From contig CALRQR020000012.1 in assembly GCA_943370375.1 (NCBI GenBank), forward strand, positions 4,968 to 68,967: a stretch of 64,000 nucleotides of DNA, given 5' to 3'. Shown piece after piece: positions 28,129 to 38,031 of the stretch. How positions within the stretch are numbered: position 1 is the stretch's first letter; the number at the start of each line of letters is the position of its first letter. Made by a program: the position numbers and the translations under genes. The notes below the pieces were generated by a model, which was not told the DNA's origin, did no database searches, and worked only from the letters and a program-made list of their open reading frames with translations. The DNA comes from Synechococcus sp. UW140. GTDB lineage: Bacteria; Pseudomonadota; Gammaproteobacteria; Burkholderiales; Burkholderiaceae_C.

Positions 28129-29952
28129 TCAGGCCTTGGGCGCCAGCCAGTGGTCCATCAGCGCCGCATCCTGCACCGACAGGCGCCAGGTGGTGAGGGC
28201 GGGCGGCATGGCCAGCTCCAGCCGCATCAGGCGCTTGTCGCGTGAAACGAGGGCGATCACTTTTTTGGCGCTGCCCGCGTAATGCGTCAGGTCCTCGAGC
28301 CGGCTCATGCGCCATCCGCCGTTGGCCGCGCGGCCCGCCCCTTTGGCTACGGGCTCCACGCCCAGCCATTCGTCGCCCGCGGAAAAGCCTGCGCGCTCGG
28401 CCACGCCGCCGCGCAGCACGGTCTTGACCTGCACCACGCCCTGGCCCTCGCTGGCCCTGAGGCCCAGCCGGTGGGCGAGTTGTGCCGGCTCTTCGGCAAC
28501 GGCCACGCCGTGCTGTTGCAGCAAATCCTTGAGCGGAAGTTCGCTGCGGCCATGCACCCAGCGCGCCAGCTCGCCCGCGTAAGGGCGATGGCCGGCGGCG
28601 GCCAGCTCGTCTGCAAAGTCGGCTTCGCGCATCGGGCCCGCCTTGCAGCGCAGCCAGAGTGCGCGCATCACGTCGTCGAGCGTGGCGCTCTTGGCTCTAC
28701 GGTGCTCAGTGGCTTCGCTGCGCAGCGTGAGGTCAAAGCACAGCGCCACCAGCGCGCCCTTGGTGTAGTAGCTCACGGTGGCGTTGGGCGTGTTCTCGTC
28801 CTGGCGGTAGTACTTCACCCAGGCGTCAAAACTGGCCTCGGCCACCGACTGCACCAGCCGGCCCGGCGTCTGCATGACCTGGTTGATGGTCTTGTTGAGC
28901 ACCTTGAGGTAGCCGGCGTTGTCCAGCAGGCCCGCGCGGCGCAGGAAAAGGTCGTCGTAGTAGCTGGTAAAGCCTTCAAAGAACCACAGCAGGCTGGTGT
29001 AGTTTTCGCCGGCGTAGTGATAGTGCTCAAACTCGGCGGGGCGCAGGCGCTTGACGTTCCAGGTGTGGAAGTACTCGTGGCTGATGAGGCCGCGCAGCGT
29101 GGTGTAGCCCTCGCTGGTGCGTGGCTCACCCACGCGGGGCAGGTCCTTGCGGTTGCAGATGAGGGCCGTCGAGTTGCGGTGCTCCAGCCCGCCGTAGCCG
29201 TCATCCACCGCATTGATCATGAAGAGGTAGTTCTGGAAGGGCGGCTTCTTCGCGCCATGCCAGAAGCGGATCTCGGCCTCGCAGATCTTTTGCGTGTCGG
29301 CCAGCAGCCGGGTGCCGTCAAAACCCGGCGTGGCGCCCGCCACCACCACGCGGTGCGGCACGCCGCGTGCGCTGAAGGCGCCGCTCCAGAACGCGCCCAT
29401 TTCCACCGGGCAGTCGACGAGTTCGTCATAGTCAGGCGCTTCGTAGCTGCCAAAGCCCTGTTTGTTAACCTCGCGCGCCGCCAGGCCGGTGGCCAGGGAC
29501 CAGCCTGAAACGCCTTTGGGCGTGGGGACTTCCAGCACGTGCACCGCGCTTTCCTGGCCCTGCACCTTCAGGCACAGGCTGGTGCCATTGAAGAAACCGC
29601 GATGGGCATCCAGCCAGGCCGTGCGCACCGAGTTGTCGTTGGCATAGACCTCATAGCGCAGCACCAGCGGTTTGGCCGGCGAGCAGGCGACCTGCCAGGT
29701 GCACTTGTCCAGTTGCTCGACCTGAAGCGGTGTGCGGCTTGCCTGGCGCGCTTCAAGGTGCTGAAGGTTTTTGGCAAACTCCCGCACCAGGTAGCTGCCC
29801 GGGATCCACACCGGCAGCGAGACGCGCTGCAGCGCCTCGGGCCGTGCGATGGTGAGCGTGACGCGAAAGAGATGGGCGTGGAGGTCGCCGATCTCGACGC
29901 GGTAATGAAGGGGCGCGGGGGGATTTTTGGGGGTGCCTGGCATCTTGGTCAC
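28129..29952 (-). CDS. M61 family glycyl aminopeptidase with C-terminal PDZ domain
   Basis: HEYFHTWNVKRLRP zinc motif (HExxH plus downstream E), 607 aa, and a PDZ-like GVAERAGFSAGDEWLGV. Confidence 0.88.
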   Translation of the reverse strand: MTKMPGTPKNPPAPLHYRVEIGDLHAHLFRVTLTIARPEALQRVSLPVWIPGSYLVREFAKNLQHLEARQASRTPLQVEQLDKCTWQVACSPAKPLVLRYEVYANDNSVRTAWLDAHRGFFNGTSLCLKVQGQESAVHVLEVPTPKGVSGWSLATGLAAREVNKQGFGSYEAPDYDELVDCPVEMGAFWSGAFSARGVPHRVVVAGATPGFDGTRLLADTQKICEAEIRFWHGAKKPPFQNYLFMINAVDDGYGGLEHRNSTALICNRKDLPRVGEPRTSEGYTTLRGLISHEYFHTWNVKRLRPAEFEHYHYAGENYTSLLWFFEGFTSYYDDLFLRRAGLLDNAGYLKVLNKTINQVMQTPGRLVQSVAEASFDAWVKYYRQDENTPNATVSYYTKGALVALCFDLTLRSEATEHRRAKSATLDDVMRALWLRCKAGPMREADFADELAAAGHRPYAGELARWVHGRSELPLKDLLQQHGVAVAEEPAQLAHRLGLRASEGQGVVQVKTVLRGGVAERAGFSAGDEWLGVEPVAKGAGRAANGGWRMSRLEDLTHYAGSAKKVIALVSRDKRLMRLELAMPPALTTWRLSVQDAALMDHWLAPKA

Positions 29953-30029
29953 AGAATACCCCAGGTCAGCAGCCGTCTGCAGCGCGTGGGGCGGGCCGGT
30001 AAAACGGCCTGCGCCGGCAAAGCTGGTTT

Positions 30030-30076
30030 GCTATTAAAAAAGGAGCTGCTTGCGCATGCTCTGTGCGGGCCCTGGC
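30030..30076 (+). repeat. Type-1 intergenic repeat, copy 5 (divergent)
   Basis: GCTATTAAAAAAGGAGCTGCTTGCGCATGCTCTGTGCGGGCCCTGGC, followed by a further GCTATTAATTGC at 30075-30086. Confidence 0.55.
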
Positions 30077-30141
30077 TATTAATTGCTTAAAAACGTGGCG
30101 ACTTCAAGGCGACTTCAAGGCGCCTCCAGGGCAAGGTGCAT

Positions 30142-30867
30142 TCAGGGTGCTTTGGCGACAGTCAGCATTTTTTCAACTTCTTGCGCGCTGACGGCGCCGG
30201 GCGCCCGTTTGCCGCTGGTAAAGAGCAGTGTGGGCGTTCCGGTGATGTTGTACTTCTGCCCGTAGTCGCGGTTTCGCTTGATGGCGGCCATATCGCATTC
30301 GGTGGTTGCAGGCGTCGTGTTGCGCAGCATCCAGTCGTTCCAGGCCTTGATCTTGTCTTTGGCGCACCAGATGTTGCGCGACTTGATGATCGAGTCAGGC
30401 CCCAGCACGGGGTACAAAAACAGGTAGACGGTGACGTTGTCGATCTTGGTCAGGTCGCGTTCGAAGTGCTTGCAGTAGCCGCAATTGGGGTCTTCAAAGA
30501 CGGCCAGCTTGCGCTTGCCGTCGCCGCGCACGATCTTGATGGCGTCTTCCGTAGGCAGCTTGTCGAAGTCGATCGCCGTGAGTTTTTCGACGCGCTCTTC
30601 TGTCAGGTTGCGCCGGTTCTTCACATCCAGAAGATTGCCTTCGATCAGGAAATTGCCTTGCTCGTCGGTGTAGAAGATGTCAAAGCCGACACGGACTTCA
30701 TAGAGCCCGTTCATCGGCGTTTTGATCACTTCATCGATCCTGGAGAAAGCGGGCATTTTCTCCGCCAGGCTTTTGCGGATGGCGGCTTCCTGTGCGAAGG
30801 CCGGGATCAGGCTGAACGCCAGCAGGCCGAGCATGGCGGTTGATTTCAGGTATCTCACAAATTTCAT
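30142..30867 (-). CDS. dsbC: thiol:disulfide interchange protein, DsbC/DsbG family
   Basis: Signal peptide, an N-terminal dimerisation domain and a thioredoxin fold with CGYC. Confidence 0.88.
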   Translation of the reverse strand: MKFVRYLKSTAMLGLLAFSLIPAFAQEAAIRKSLAEKMPAFSRIDEVIKTPMNGLYEVRVGFDIFYTDEQGNFLIEGNLLDVKNRRNLTEERVEKLTAIDFDKLPTEDAIKIVRGDGKRKLAVFEDPNCGYCKHFERDLTKIDNVTVYLFLYPVLGPDSIIKSRNIWCAKDKIKAWNDWMLRNTTPATTECDMAAIKRNRDYGQKYNITGTPTLLFTSGKRAPGAVSAQEVEKMLTVAKAP

Positions 30868-30885
30868 CGGTATTCCAGTGTGTCT

Positions 30886-32007
30886 CTATAAACCCGCCGC
30901 CTGCCGCGTCAGCCAGTGCTTGAGGAAACCGCTGCGCTCAAAGCCCTTCATGCCCCAGTTGCGCAAAGCCTGCCAGCGCCCGTCGGTCTGCGCAAAAATC
31001 CCGTGCAAGCCGTCGGTCACCGCGCCCATCGCCGCCACATCGGCCTTTCGCGCCCTTTCGTAGCGGCGCAGCAGCTTTTCGTCGCCCAGCCCGCGCCAGT
31101 ACTCGCGTTTGGCAATCACACCGGCCAGGCATGCCGCGTCGGCCAGGCCCAGGTTCAGTCCCTGGCCCGCCAGCGGATGCACCGTGTGCGCGGCGTCACC
31201 TGCCAGAGCCCAGCCGGGGCCGACCCAATGGCCGGCGCTCGACAGGGCCAGCGGCCAGCTTGCACGCTCGCTGGTCAGGCGCAGCGGGCCGGTCTCCGGG
31301 CCGCAGACGGCTTGCAGCGCCTTGCAAAATTCTTCGGGCGGCATCTTCTCCAGCACGGCTGCGCGCTCTACAGAGACTGACCACACCAGGGCCGCCAAGT
31401 TCCCTTGTTCGGCGGATAAAGGCAAAAGAGCCAGCACCTGGCCGCCGGTAAACCATTGGCGGGCCACGCCGCCGTGCGGTTTATCCATTTGAAGCCTGGC
31501 CGCAACGGCCTTCTGCGGATAGGGCTTGACAGTCCAGTTCAGCGGCCGGGTGAGGCCGACTTCGTCGCGGCTCGCGCTTTTCTGGCCTTCGCAGATCACG
31601 TTGAGTGCCGCCTTGGCCGGCGCGGTCACGGTTTCGATTTGCGGCTGGTAACGAACCGCCTGGATCAGCTGCTCCTCCAGCGCGGGCACGTCGACGATCC
31701 AGGCGAGGGCGTCCTGGCCGACGCTTTTGGCCGTGAAGTCGAGCTTGCCGCCGTCGTCGCCCCAGACCTGCATCTCCAGCACGGGCGTGGCAAAGCGCGC
31801 ATCGGGCCAGGCGCGCAGGCCTTCCAGCACGCTGCGCGAGGCGCTGTTGAGCGCGTAGGCACGCACATCGGCTGCGGCAGGGGCCCCCGCGGGCTTTTCA
31901 GGCCGGGTGACCAGCGCCACGCGCAGGCGCTCACGCGCCAGCAGCAGCGCCAGGGTGCGGCCCACCACGCCGTCGCCGCGAATACAGACATCAAAGGTCT
32001 TGGTCAT
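30886..32007 (-). CDS. UbiH/UbiF/VisC/COQ6-family FAD-dependent monooxygenase
   Basis: GDGVVG dinucleotide fold and GDAAHTVHPLAGQGLNLGLAD. Confidence 0.85.
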   Translation of the reverse strand: MTKTFDVCIRGDGVVGRTLALLLARERLRVALVTRPEKPAGAPAAADVRAYALNSASRSVLEGLRAWPDARFATPVLEMQVWGDDGGKLDFTAKSVGQDALAWIVDVPALEEQLIQAVRYQPQIETVTAPAKAALNVICEGQKSASRDEVGLTRPLNWTVKPYPQKAVAARLQMDKPHGGVARQWFTGGQVLALLPLSAEQGNLAALVWSVSVERAAVLEKMPPEEFCKALQAVCGPETGPLRLTSERASWPLALSSAGHWVGPGWALAGDAAHTVHPLAGQGLNLGLADAACLAGVIAKREYWRGLGDEKLLRRYERARKADVAAMGAVTDGLHGIFAQTDGRWQALRNWGMKGFERSGFLKHWLTRQAAGL

Positions 32008-32149
32008 GGCTCATTTTAGAAGGCAGTGCAAAATTGCGCCTTTAAACAGGTTCCAGGCCGGCAATGGCCATCGAATCCGCACTCATAAAGATAAAGGCCT
32101 GCAAGACGTGAGCGATACAACGAACAACACATCGGGGGCAGGCGGCGAG

Positions 32150-33025
32150 ATGCCTTCAGACATCTCGGCCGTGATTTCACGCCTCTTTGTTTACCCTGTG
32201 AAATCGTGCGCCGGCGTGCAGGTGCAAGACGTCATCCTGACCGAAACCGGGCTGGAGTTTGACCGCGCCTGGATGGTGGTGGACGACAAAGGCCACTTCC
32301 TCACGCAACGCGAGCTGCCGCGCATGGCGCTCATCAAACCGCAGCTGCGGCACAGCGACATGGTGCTGCGCGCGCCCGGCATGCTGGCGCTGCACATTGC
32401 GCTGGACCAGGTCGAAGAACCTGTGCGCGTGCAGGTGTGGAAGGACGAAGTGCAGGCCTACGACATGGGTGCCATCGCCGCCCAGTGGTTCACCGATTTC
32501 CTCGGCCAGCCCGCGCGCCTGGTGCGCTTTGACCCCGAACACAAGCGCATCTGCAACATGCAGTGGACGCACGGTGTTGAGGCGCTCAACCAGTTCAGCG
32601 ACGGCTATCCGCTGCTGGTCATCAGCGAAGCGTCGCTGGCGCAGTTCAATGAAAAGCTGGTGGCTGCGGGGTCTGCCCCGGTCGGCATGGAGCGCTTTCG
32701 GCCCAACATCGTGCTGGGCGACGCGCCCGGCGACCAGGGGCTGGCCCCGCACGACGAAGACCGCATCGACCTGCTGCAGATCAAAACGGAGCAAGGGGCC
32801 GTGCAGCTCAAGCCGGTCAAGCCCTGCCCGCGCTGCCCGATTCCCAATATCGACCCTGCTACCGCCACCAGCAGCCCAGAAGTGGGCGACATGCTGCAAA
32901 GCTACCGCCAGGACGCCCGCGTCAACGGCGCGCTGACCTTTGGCATGAATGTCATCGTGCTGGCCGGCGTAGACCACCAGCTCAAGGTGGGCCAGCGGGC
33001 GGGCGCAAGCTATCTGTTTGAGTGA
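32150..33025 (+). CDS. MOSC domain-containing protein (YcbX-like)
   Basis: LFVYPVKSCAG N-terminal beta-barrel and the MOSC motif KPCPRCPIPNIDP. The start is at the ATG at 32150; the listed ORF from 31907 overlaps the divergent gene. Confidence 0.85.
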   Translation: MPSDISAVISRLFVYPVKSCAGVQVQDVILTETGLEFDRAWMVVDDKGHFLTQRELPRMALIKPQLRHSDMVLRAPGMLALHIALDQVEEPVRVQVWKDEVQAYDMGAIAAQWFTDFLGQPARLVRFDPEHKRICNMQWTHGVEALNQFSDGYPLLVISEASLAQFNEKLVAAGSAPVGMERFRPNIVLGDAPGDQGLAPHDEDRIDLLQIKTEQGAVQLKPVKPCPRCPIPNIDPATATSSPEVGDMLQSYRQDARVNGALTFGMNVIVLAGVDHQLKVGQRAGASYLFE

Positions 33026-34932
33026 CTTTTGACGGCGCGCAGCGGGGCCGGTGTGCGGCCGGAGGCTGCCTGCGGCGGGGGCGTTTTGGTCTCATGAGGC
33101 GGCCGGGACGCCCGGGGTACCGAATCGGTTCCGTCAAAGCCTGAATCCTGTGCAGCCCCCAGCGGCATGGGGTGCGTGAGCTCCGGCTCCAGAAAGCGGA
33201 TGGGCCGGCGCGTGCGGCCGCCCATGCTGTGCAGCAGGTCGGCCAGCGCCTGGGCAATGGCTTCGTGGCTGCCCATGCGTTCGCTCAGCAGCACGCCCGC
33301 CACATGGAACTGCAGCACCACTTCGGGCTTCAGGCCCTTCAGCGGCATCAGGCCGGCGGCAATCAGCCGCGCCGAGAGCTCGGTGACCGGCGTGCGCGAT
33401 GCCACGCCCTCAAGGATCAGGCCGAAGCGGGCTTCGTCGATGCGCCCCACGGTGTTCACATCGCGCAGGATGCGGCGCAGCTTGATGACGCTGCGCAGCA
33501 GGCTTTGTTCGGCCACCGCGGTGCCCCAGGTTTTCTTGATGTAGCGGTAATTGACCAGCTCGATGTAGACCACGGCCGCCGGCTCCTGATAGCGCTTGGC
33601 GCGCTCCACCACCTGCATGAACCGGTCATGGAACAGGTGGCCTGCCAGCAGGCCCGTGAGCGCGTCCTGGCTGGACATGGCCTGCTCGCGCGCTTCGACT
33701 GCGTGACGCTCGCGTGAGCGCAGGTTCAGCGCCACCAGCAGCATCGGCACTTCAATCGTGAGGCCGGCCATCAGGCCGTACTGGGACAGCCATGACGCGG
33801 AGATCAGGCCGAGGATGCTGACGACGATGAGAAGGGTCGCCAGCGCCAGCGGGGCGAAAGCGGCCAGCACCCAAAAACCGACGATGTCCTTGCGTCGCCA
33901 GGTCAGGTAGGCCCGGCCCACCCCCATCACGACGATCATGATCAGGTAAATACCGATCATGCGCACGCCGACGTTTCGATCCAGCAACGTATAAAAGAGT
34001 GCCAACGGCAGTCCGGCCACGCCGACCCAGTAGGTCAGCCGCTCAAACCCCTTGTGACGCGTGCCTGTGCCGCACAGGTGGTGCACGACGAGCAAGGCCG
34101 CCCCGCCGCCCAGCAGGCCCAGGCAGCCCTGCGCCAGGTTGTTCCAGGCGCTGAAGTCGCTCCACAGCAAATGGCCCGCCACGCCCGTCCAGGCCGCCAC
34201 CACCAGCGCCATGATGGAGGCGTAAACGGCATACCACCCATAGGCTTTGTCGCGGTACACCCAGCTTTGCACCGCGCAGGCCACGATCAGCAGCACGAGT
34301 GCGCCAAACACCACGCCGATGGCCAGGTACTCGAGCTGCAGGCGCTGCGCCTGCTGGCTGCGGGTGCTGACACGGATCGGAATGCCGACTTCCGTCAGGT
34401 GCTGAATGCGCACATACACGTCGTGCACGCCGTTGTCGCGCAGGCTCAGCTGGAACTGCCCATAGCGGCCGGGCTCGGGCCAACTGGAGACGGCCAGCGT
34501 GTCGCCGGCCGACTGGGCGGCCCAGCTGCCCGCCGGCGTGCGCTGGTACACCGTCGCCAGGTCCAGCAGGGGCAGGGGAAATTCAAGCAGCCAGTCCTGG
34601 CGAGAGTCGGCCGATCGGGTGAAGCGGTAGTGCAGCCACAGCGCGGCCTTCGGGCCGAGCGAGTAAATAGTGTCGGCCTTGGTCGGCGTGAATGCCACGC
34701 CCGGCAACCCACCGGCCAACTGGTCAATGGCGGCGGTTCCTTGCGTATCGATCCACAGGAGGCCGTCGGCACGCACGTCCATCACCGGGTTCGCTTCGCT
34801 CAATGTCAGGATGGGCTGGGCCTGCAGCGGGCCGGCCTGCAGCAGCAAAGACCCGCCCAGCAAAAGGGTGGCAAATACATGGGCGGTGGCCATGCCCAAA
34901 GCACGCAAACCCCGGCCGGCCGCGCATCGCAT
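33010..34932 (-). CDS. 7TMR-DISM-type sensor with degenerate GGDEF output domain
   Basis: Signal peptide plus a periplasmic domain, seven TM helices, then DALTGLL...GRIDEARFGLIL, where the GGDEF position reads DEARF. The start is at 34932 or 34893. Confidence 0.8.
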   Translation of the reverse strand: MRCAAGRGLRALGMATAHVFATLLLGGSLLLQAGPLQAQPILTLSEANPVMDVRADGLLWIDTQGTAAIDQLAGGLPGVAFTPTKADTIYSLGPKAALWLHYRFTRSADSRQDWLLEFPLPLLDLATVYQRTPAGSWAAQSAGDTLAVSSWPEPGRYGQFQLSLRDNGVHDVYVRIQHLTEVGIPIRVSTRSQQAQRLQLEYLAIGVVFGALVLLIVACAVQSWVYRDKAYGWYAVYASIMALVVAAWTGVAGHLLWSDFSAWNNLAQGCLGLLGGGAALLVVHHLCGTGTRHKGFERLTYWVGVAGLPLALFYTLLDRNVGVRMIGIYLIMIVVMGVGRAYLTWRRKDIVGFWVLAAFAPLALATLLIVVSILGLISASWLSQYGLMAGLTIEVPMLLVALNLRSRERHAVEAREQAMSSQDALTGLLAGHLFHDRFMQVVERAKRYQEPAAVVYIELVNYRYIKKTWGTAVAEQSLLRSVIKLRRILRDVNTVGRIDEARFGLILEGVASRTPVTELSARLIAAGLMPLKGLKPEVVLQFHVAGVLLSERMGSHEAIAQALADLLHSMGGRTRRPIRFLEPELTHPMPLGAAQDSGFDGTDSVPRASRPPHETKTPPPQAASGRTPAPLRAVKSHSNR

Positions 34933-34963
34933 ACACTTCTCAGCCTGTTTTTGAAGGTTTGTC

Positions 34964-36055
34964 ATGAGTTTGAAGTGCGGCATTGTAGGCTTGCCTAACG
35001 TCGGAAAATCCACCCTGTTCAATGCGTTGACCAAAGCGGGGATTGCGGCTGAAAACTACCCCTTTTGCACGATTGAGCCGAATGTCGGCGTTGTGGAAGT
35101 GCCCGACCCGAGGTTGGCGCAATTGGCCGAAATCGTCAAGCCCGAGCGGATTGTTCCGGCCATCGTCGAGTTTGTGGACATTGCCGGCCTGGTGGCGGGC
35201 GCCAGCACGGGCGAGGGCCTGGGCAATAAATTCCTGGCCCACATCCGCGAAACCGACGCCACCATCAATGTGGTGCGCTGCTTTGAAGACGACAACGTGA
35301 TCCACGTGGCCGGCAAGGTCGACCCGATCTCCGACATCGAAGTCATCCAGACCGAACTCTGCCTGGCCGACCTGGCTGCCGTCGAAAAAGCGCTGCATCG
35401 GGTCACCAAGACCGCCCGCTCGGGTGACAAGGAATCGGCCAAGCTGGTCGTCATCCTCGAGAAATGCCAGGCCGCGCTCAACGAGGGCAAGCCGGTGCGC
35501 ACCATCGACTTCAGCAAGGAAGAGCTGCCGCTGCTCACGCAGTTCTTTCTGATCACGGCCAAACCGGCCATGTTTGTGGCCAACGTGGCCGAGGACGGGT
35601 TTGAGAACAACCCGCTGCTGGACCGCCTGAAAGCCTATGCCGACGCCCAGAAGGCGCCGGTAGTGGCGATCTGCGCCAAGATGGAAGCCGAAATGGCCGA
35701 CATGGAAGAGGAAGACAAAAAGATGTTCCTCGCCGAGATCGGTCAGGACGAGCCGGGCCTCAATCGCCTGATCCTGGCGGCCTACAAGCTGCTGGGCTTG
35801 CAGACCTACTTCACGGCCGGTGTGAAGGAAGTGCGCGCCTGGACCATTCATGTGGGCGACACCGGCCCACAGGCAGCCGGCGTGATCCACACCGATTTCG
35901 AAAAAGGCTATATCCGCGCGCAGACCATCGCTTTTGCCGACTACATCAGCTTCAAGGGCGAGCAGGGCGCCAAGGATGCCGGCAAGATGCGCAGCGAAGG
36001 CAAGGAATACGTCGTCAAGGATGGCGACGTGATGAACTTCCTGTTCAGCAGCTGA
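34964..36055 (+). CDS. ychF: redox-regulated ATPase YchF
   Basis: [19 protein letters not shown]-loop and a TGS-like C-terminus ([17 protein letters not shown]). Confidence 0.96.
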   Translation: MSLKCGIVGLPNVGKSTLFNALTKAGIAAENYPFCTIEPNVGVVEVPDPRLAQLAEIVKPERIVPAIVEFVDIAGLVAGASTGEGLGNKFLAHIRETDATINVVRCFEDDNVIHVAGKVDPISDIEVIQTELCLADLAAVEKALHRVTKTARSGDKESAKLVVILEKCQAALNEGKPVRTIDFSKEELPLLTQFFLITAKPAMFVANVAEDGFENNPLLDRLKAYADAQKAPVVAICAKMEAEMADMEEEDKKMFLAEIGQDEPGLNRLILAAYKLLGLQTYFTAGVKEVRAWTIHVGDTGPQAAGVIHTDFEKGYIRAQTIAFADYISFKGEQGAKDAGKMRSEGKEYVVKDGDVMNFLFSS

Positions 36056-36075
36056 ATGGGTACACCCCTGCCTGG

Positions 36076-36145
36076 GCTCACTGCGTGTAGCCCATCCTCC
36101 CCTGCAGGGGACGCCGCTTGTCGCCCGGCTTAGCCGGTTCGACGG
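36076..36145 (+). repeat. Type-2 intergenic repeat, copy B
   Basis: GCTCACTGCGTGTAGCCCATCCTCCCCTGCAGGGGACGCC...GCCCGGCTTAGCCGGTTCGACGG aligns with 1287-1358. Confidence 0.7.
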
Positions 36146-36251
36146 CGGCACTTGATAGGACCGTGTAGATTGCATGAACCTGTACGCTTGGCCAAACGGC
36201 TTGCCAGGGCAGACCATAACCCTTGAAACACTCGCTTTGAAAGAGAACACC

Positions 36252-36608
36252 ATGACCATCCAACGCATCGAAACCGGCCCCCGCATGTCCCAGGCCGTCG
36301 TCCACAACAAAACCGTTTACCTGGCAGGCCAGGTGGCCGGCGATGACGCCGGCGTCGGCGTGTATGAAGAAACCCGCAGCATCCTGGCCAACATCGACCG
36401 CCTGCTGGCCGCCGCCGGCAGCGACAAGTCGCGCCTTTTGAGTGCCACCATCTGGCTCACAGACATGGACAGCTTCGGCGACATGAACCGCGCCTGGGAA
36501 GCCTGGGTCGTACCCGGCGCCACGCCGGCGCGCGCTACCGTCATGAGCCCGCGCCTGGCGGCGGCCAAATATCACGTCGAAATCGGCGTGGTGGCGGCGC
36601 AAAGCTGA
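36252..36608 (+). CDS. RidA/YjgF family protein
   Basis: MTIQRIETGPRMSQAVVHNKTVYLAGQVA ... ARATV. The protein is 118 aa from the ATG at 36252. Confidence 0.85.
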   Translation: MTIQRIETGPRMSQAVVHNKTVYLAGQVAGDDAGVGVYEETRSILANIDRLLAAAGSDKSRLLSATIWLTDMDSFGDMNRAWEAWVVPGATPARATVMSPRLAAAKYHVEIGVVAAQS

Positions 36609-36648
36609 TCTCCCCTGACTGCCTGACCGCCTTGAAGGCTGCGCCGCA

Positions 36649-37383
36649 ATGACGGAACCCGTTCGCCTTGCCAAGCGCCTGGCCGAAATGCTGGCCTGCT
36701 CACGCCGCGAGGCCGAGCAGTACATCGAAGGCGGCTGGGTCACGGTCGACGGCGTCACTGTCGAAGAGCCGCAGTTCCGCGTGCTGGACCAGGTCATCGT
36801 GCTCGACAAAAACGCCAGTCTGCTGGCGTTGACGCCGGTCACTTTGCTGCTGCACAAACCTGCCGGCTATGTGGCGGGAGATGGCGCTGCCGGGTCTTTG
36901 GCGCCCTTGCTGTCGGCCGCCACGCAGTCGCCTGATGACCGCTCCGGCATCCGGCCGCTCAAAAAACATTTCTCGTCGGTCGAATTGGTGACACCGCTGG
37001 CCACACCGGCCAGCGGCCTCGTCGTGCTGACGCAGGACTGGCGCGTGACGCGCAAGCTGCGCGAAGACGCACGCGTGATGGAGCATGAAGTCGTTGTCGA
37101 TGTCAGCGGTGACATCAAACCCGGCGGCCTGGAGCGGCTGAACCGCGTGGACCACGGCTTCACTTTCAAGGGTGCGCTGTTGCCGCCGGCCAAGGTCAGC
37201 TGGCAAAGCGAAACCCGTCTGCGTTTTGCCCTCAAGGGCGAAGTGCCGGGGCAGATCGCCTACATGTGCGAGAGCGTGGGTTTGCAGGTGAACGGCATGA
37301 AGCGCCTGCGCATCGGCCGTATGGCGATGAGCCAGTTGCAGCCCGGGCAGTGGCGCTATTTGCAGGCGCACGAACGCTTCTGA
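36649..37383 (+). CDS. S4-domain / RsuA-family pseudouridine-synthase-like protein lacking the catalytic Asp
   Basis: S4 N-terminus (RLAKRLAEMLACSRREAEQYIEGGWVTVDG). The motif II position reads TPLATPASGLVVLTQD instead of GRLDxxTxGLLLLTxD. Confidence 0.8.
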   Translation: MTEPVRLAKRLAEMLACSRREAEQYIEGGWVTVDGVTVEEPQFRVLDQVIVLDKNASLLALTPVTLLLHKPAGYVAGDGAAGSLAPLLSAATQSPDDRSGIRPLKKHFSSVELVTPLATPASGLVVLTQDWRVTRKLREDARVMEHEVVVDVSGDIKPGGLERLNRVDHGFTFKGALLPPAKVSWQSETRLRFALKGEVPGQIAYMCESVGLQVNGMKRLRIGRMAMSQLQPGQWRYLQAHERF

Positions 37384-37395
37384 TTCCGGCGGAAT

Positions 37396-37866
37396 TTATC
37401 CGGTGACTACACCCGGAAAGGCCCAGATGAGGCTGCCGGTCATCAAGAAGTAGCGCAAGAATTTCCCGACCGCCATGTAAGCCAGACAGGGCCAGAACGG
37501 AAACTTGAGCCAGCCGGCGACTGCGCACAGCGGGTCGCCCACCACCGGAAGCCACGCTAGGAGGCAGGCTTTAGGGCCGAGCTTTTCCAGCCAGCGAATG
37601 GCGTGGCCGTGGTGCGATGAATGCTGGTATTTGTCGACCACTTTGTGGGCGCCGTAACCCATCCACCAGTCCAGCGCGCCGCCCAATGTGTTGCCGGCGG
37701 TGGCGACCAGCACGGCCGGCCAGAACATCGCGGGGTTGAGTTTGACCAGGCCAAAGACCACGGGCTCCGAACCCAGCGGCAACAGTGTGGCTGAAATGAA
37801 CGACACCACGAAAACCGTGCTCAGGCCGTATTCGGGCAGGGCCAAAAGTTCGATCAGGTGGTTCAT
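37396..37866 (-). CDS. YqaA/DedA-related inner membrane protein
   Basis: SFISATLLPLGSE...GNTLGGALDWWMG resembles YqaA. The start is at 37866 or 37878. The rest of the listed 537-aa ORF is an antisense shadow of dusB. Confidence 0.8.
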   Translation of the reverse strand: MNHLIELLALPEYGLSTVFVVSFISATLLPLGSEPVVFGLVKLNPAMFWPAVLVATAGNTLGGALDWWMGYGAHKVVDKYQHSSHHGHAIRWLEKLGPKACLLAWLPVVGDPLCAVAGWLKFPFWPCLAYMAVGKFLRYFLMTGSLIWAFPGVVTG

Positions 37867-38031
37867 CCAGGCGGGCATATATGCATTCGAGTATAGGCAG
37901 GGTGGGCCGCCGGCCGTGTCAGGAAGACGCTTACAACTGCGTGTGCAATTTTCAATTGCTGAAATTTTGAGCAGGTACAATCGTGCCTCCTTTTTCAGCA
38001 ACCGGCAGCACCCCTTTCCCATGCTTTTCCC

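Noticed and set aside
30097-30124. 2.5 tandem copies of the 11-mer GGCGACTTCAA just downstream of dsbC.
   Set aside because: It is too short and low in copy number to call a functional repeat, and is probably a local slippage duplication. I noted it only.
31907-32149. Upstream extension of the MOSC ORF.
   Set aside because: It overlaps the divergent UbiH-family gene start. MOSC-family homology (LFVYPVKSCAG) begins just after the ATG at 32150.
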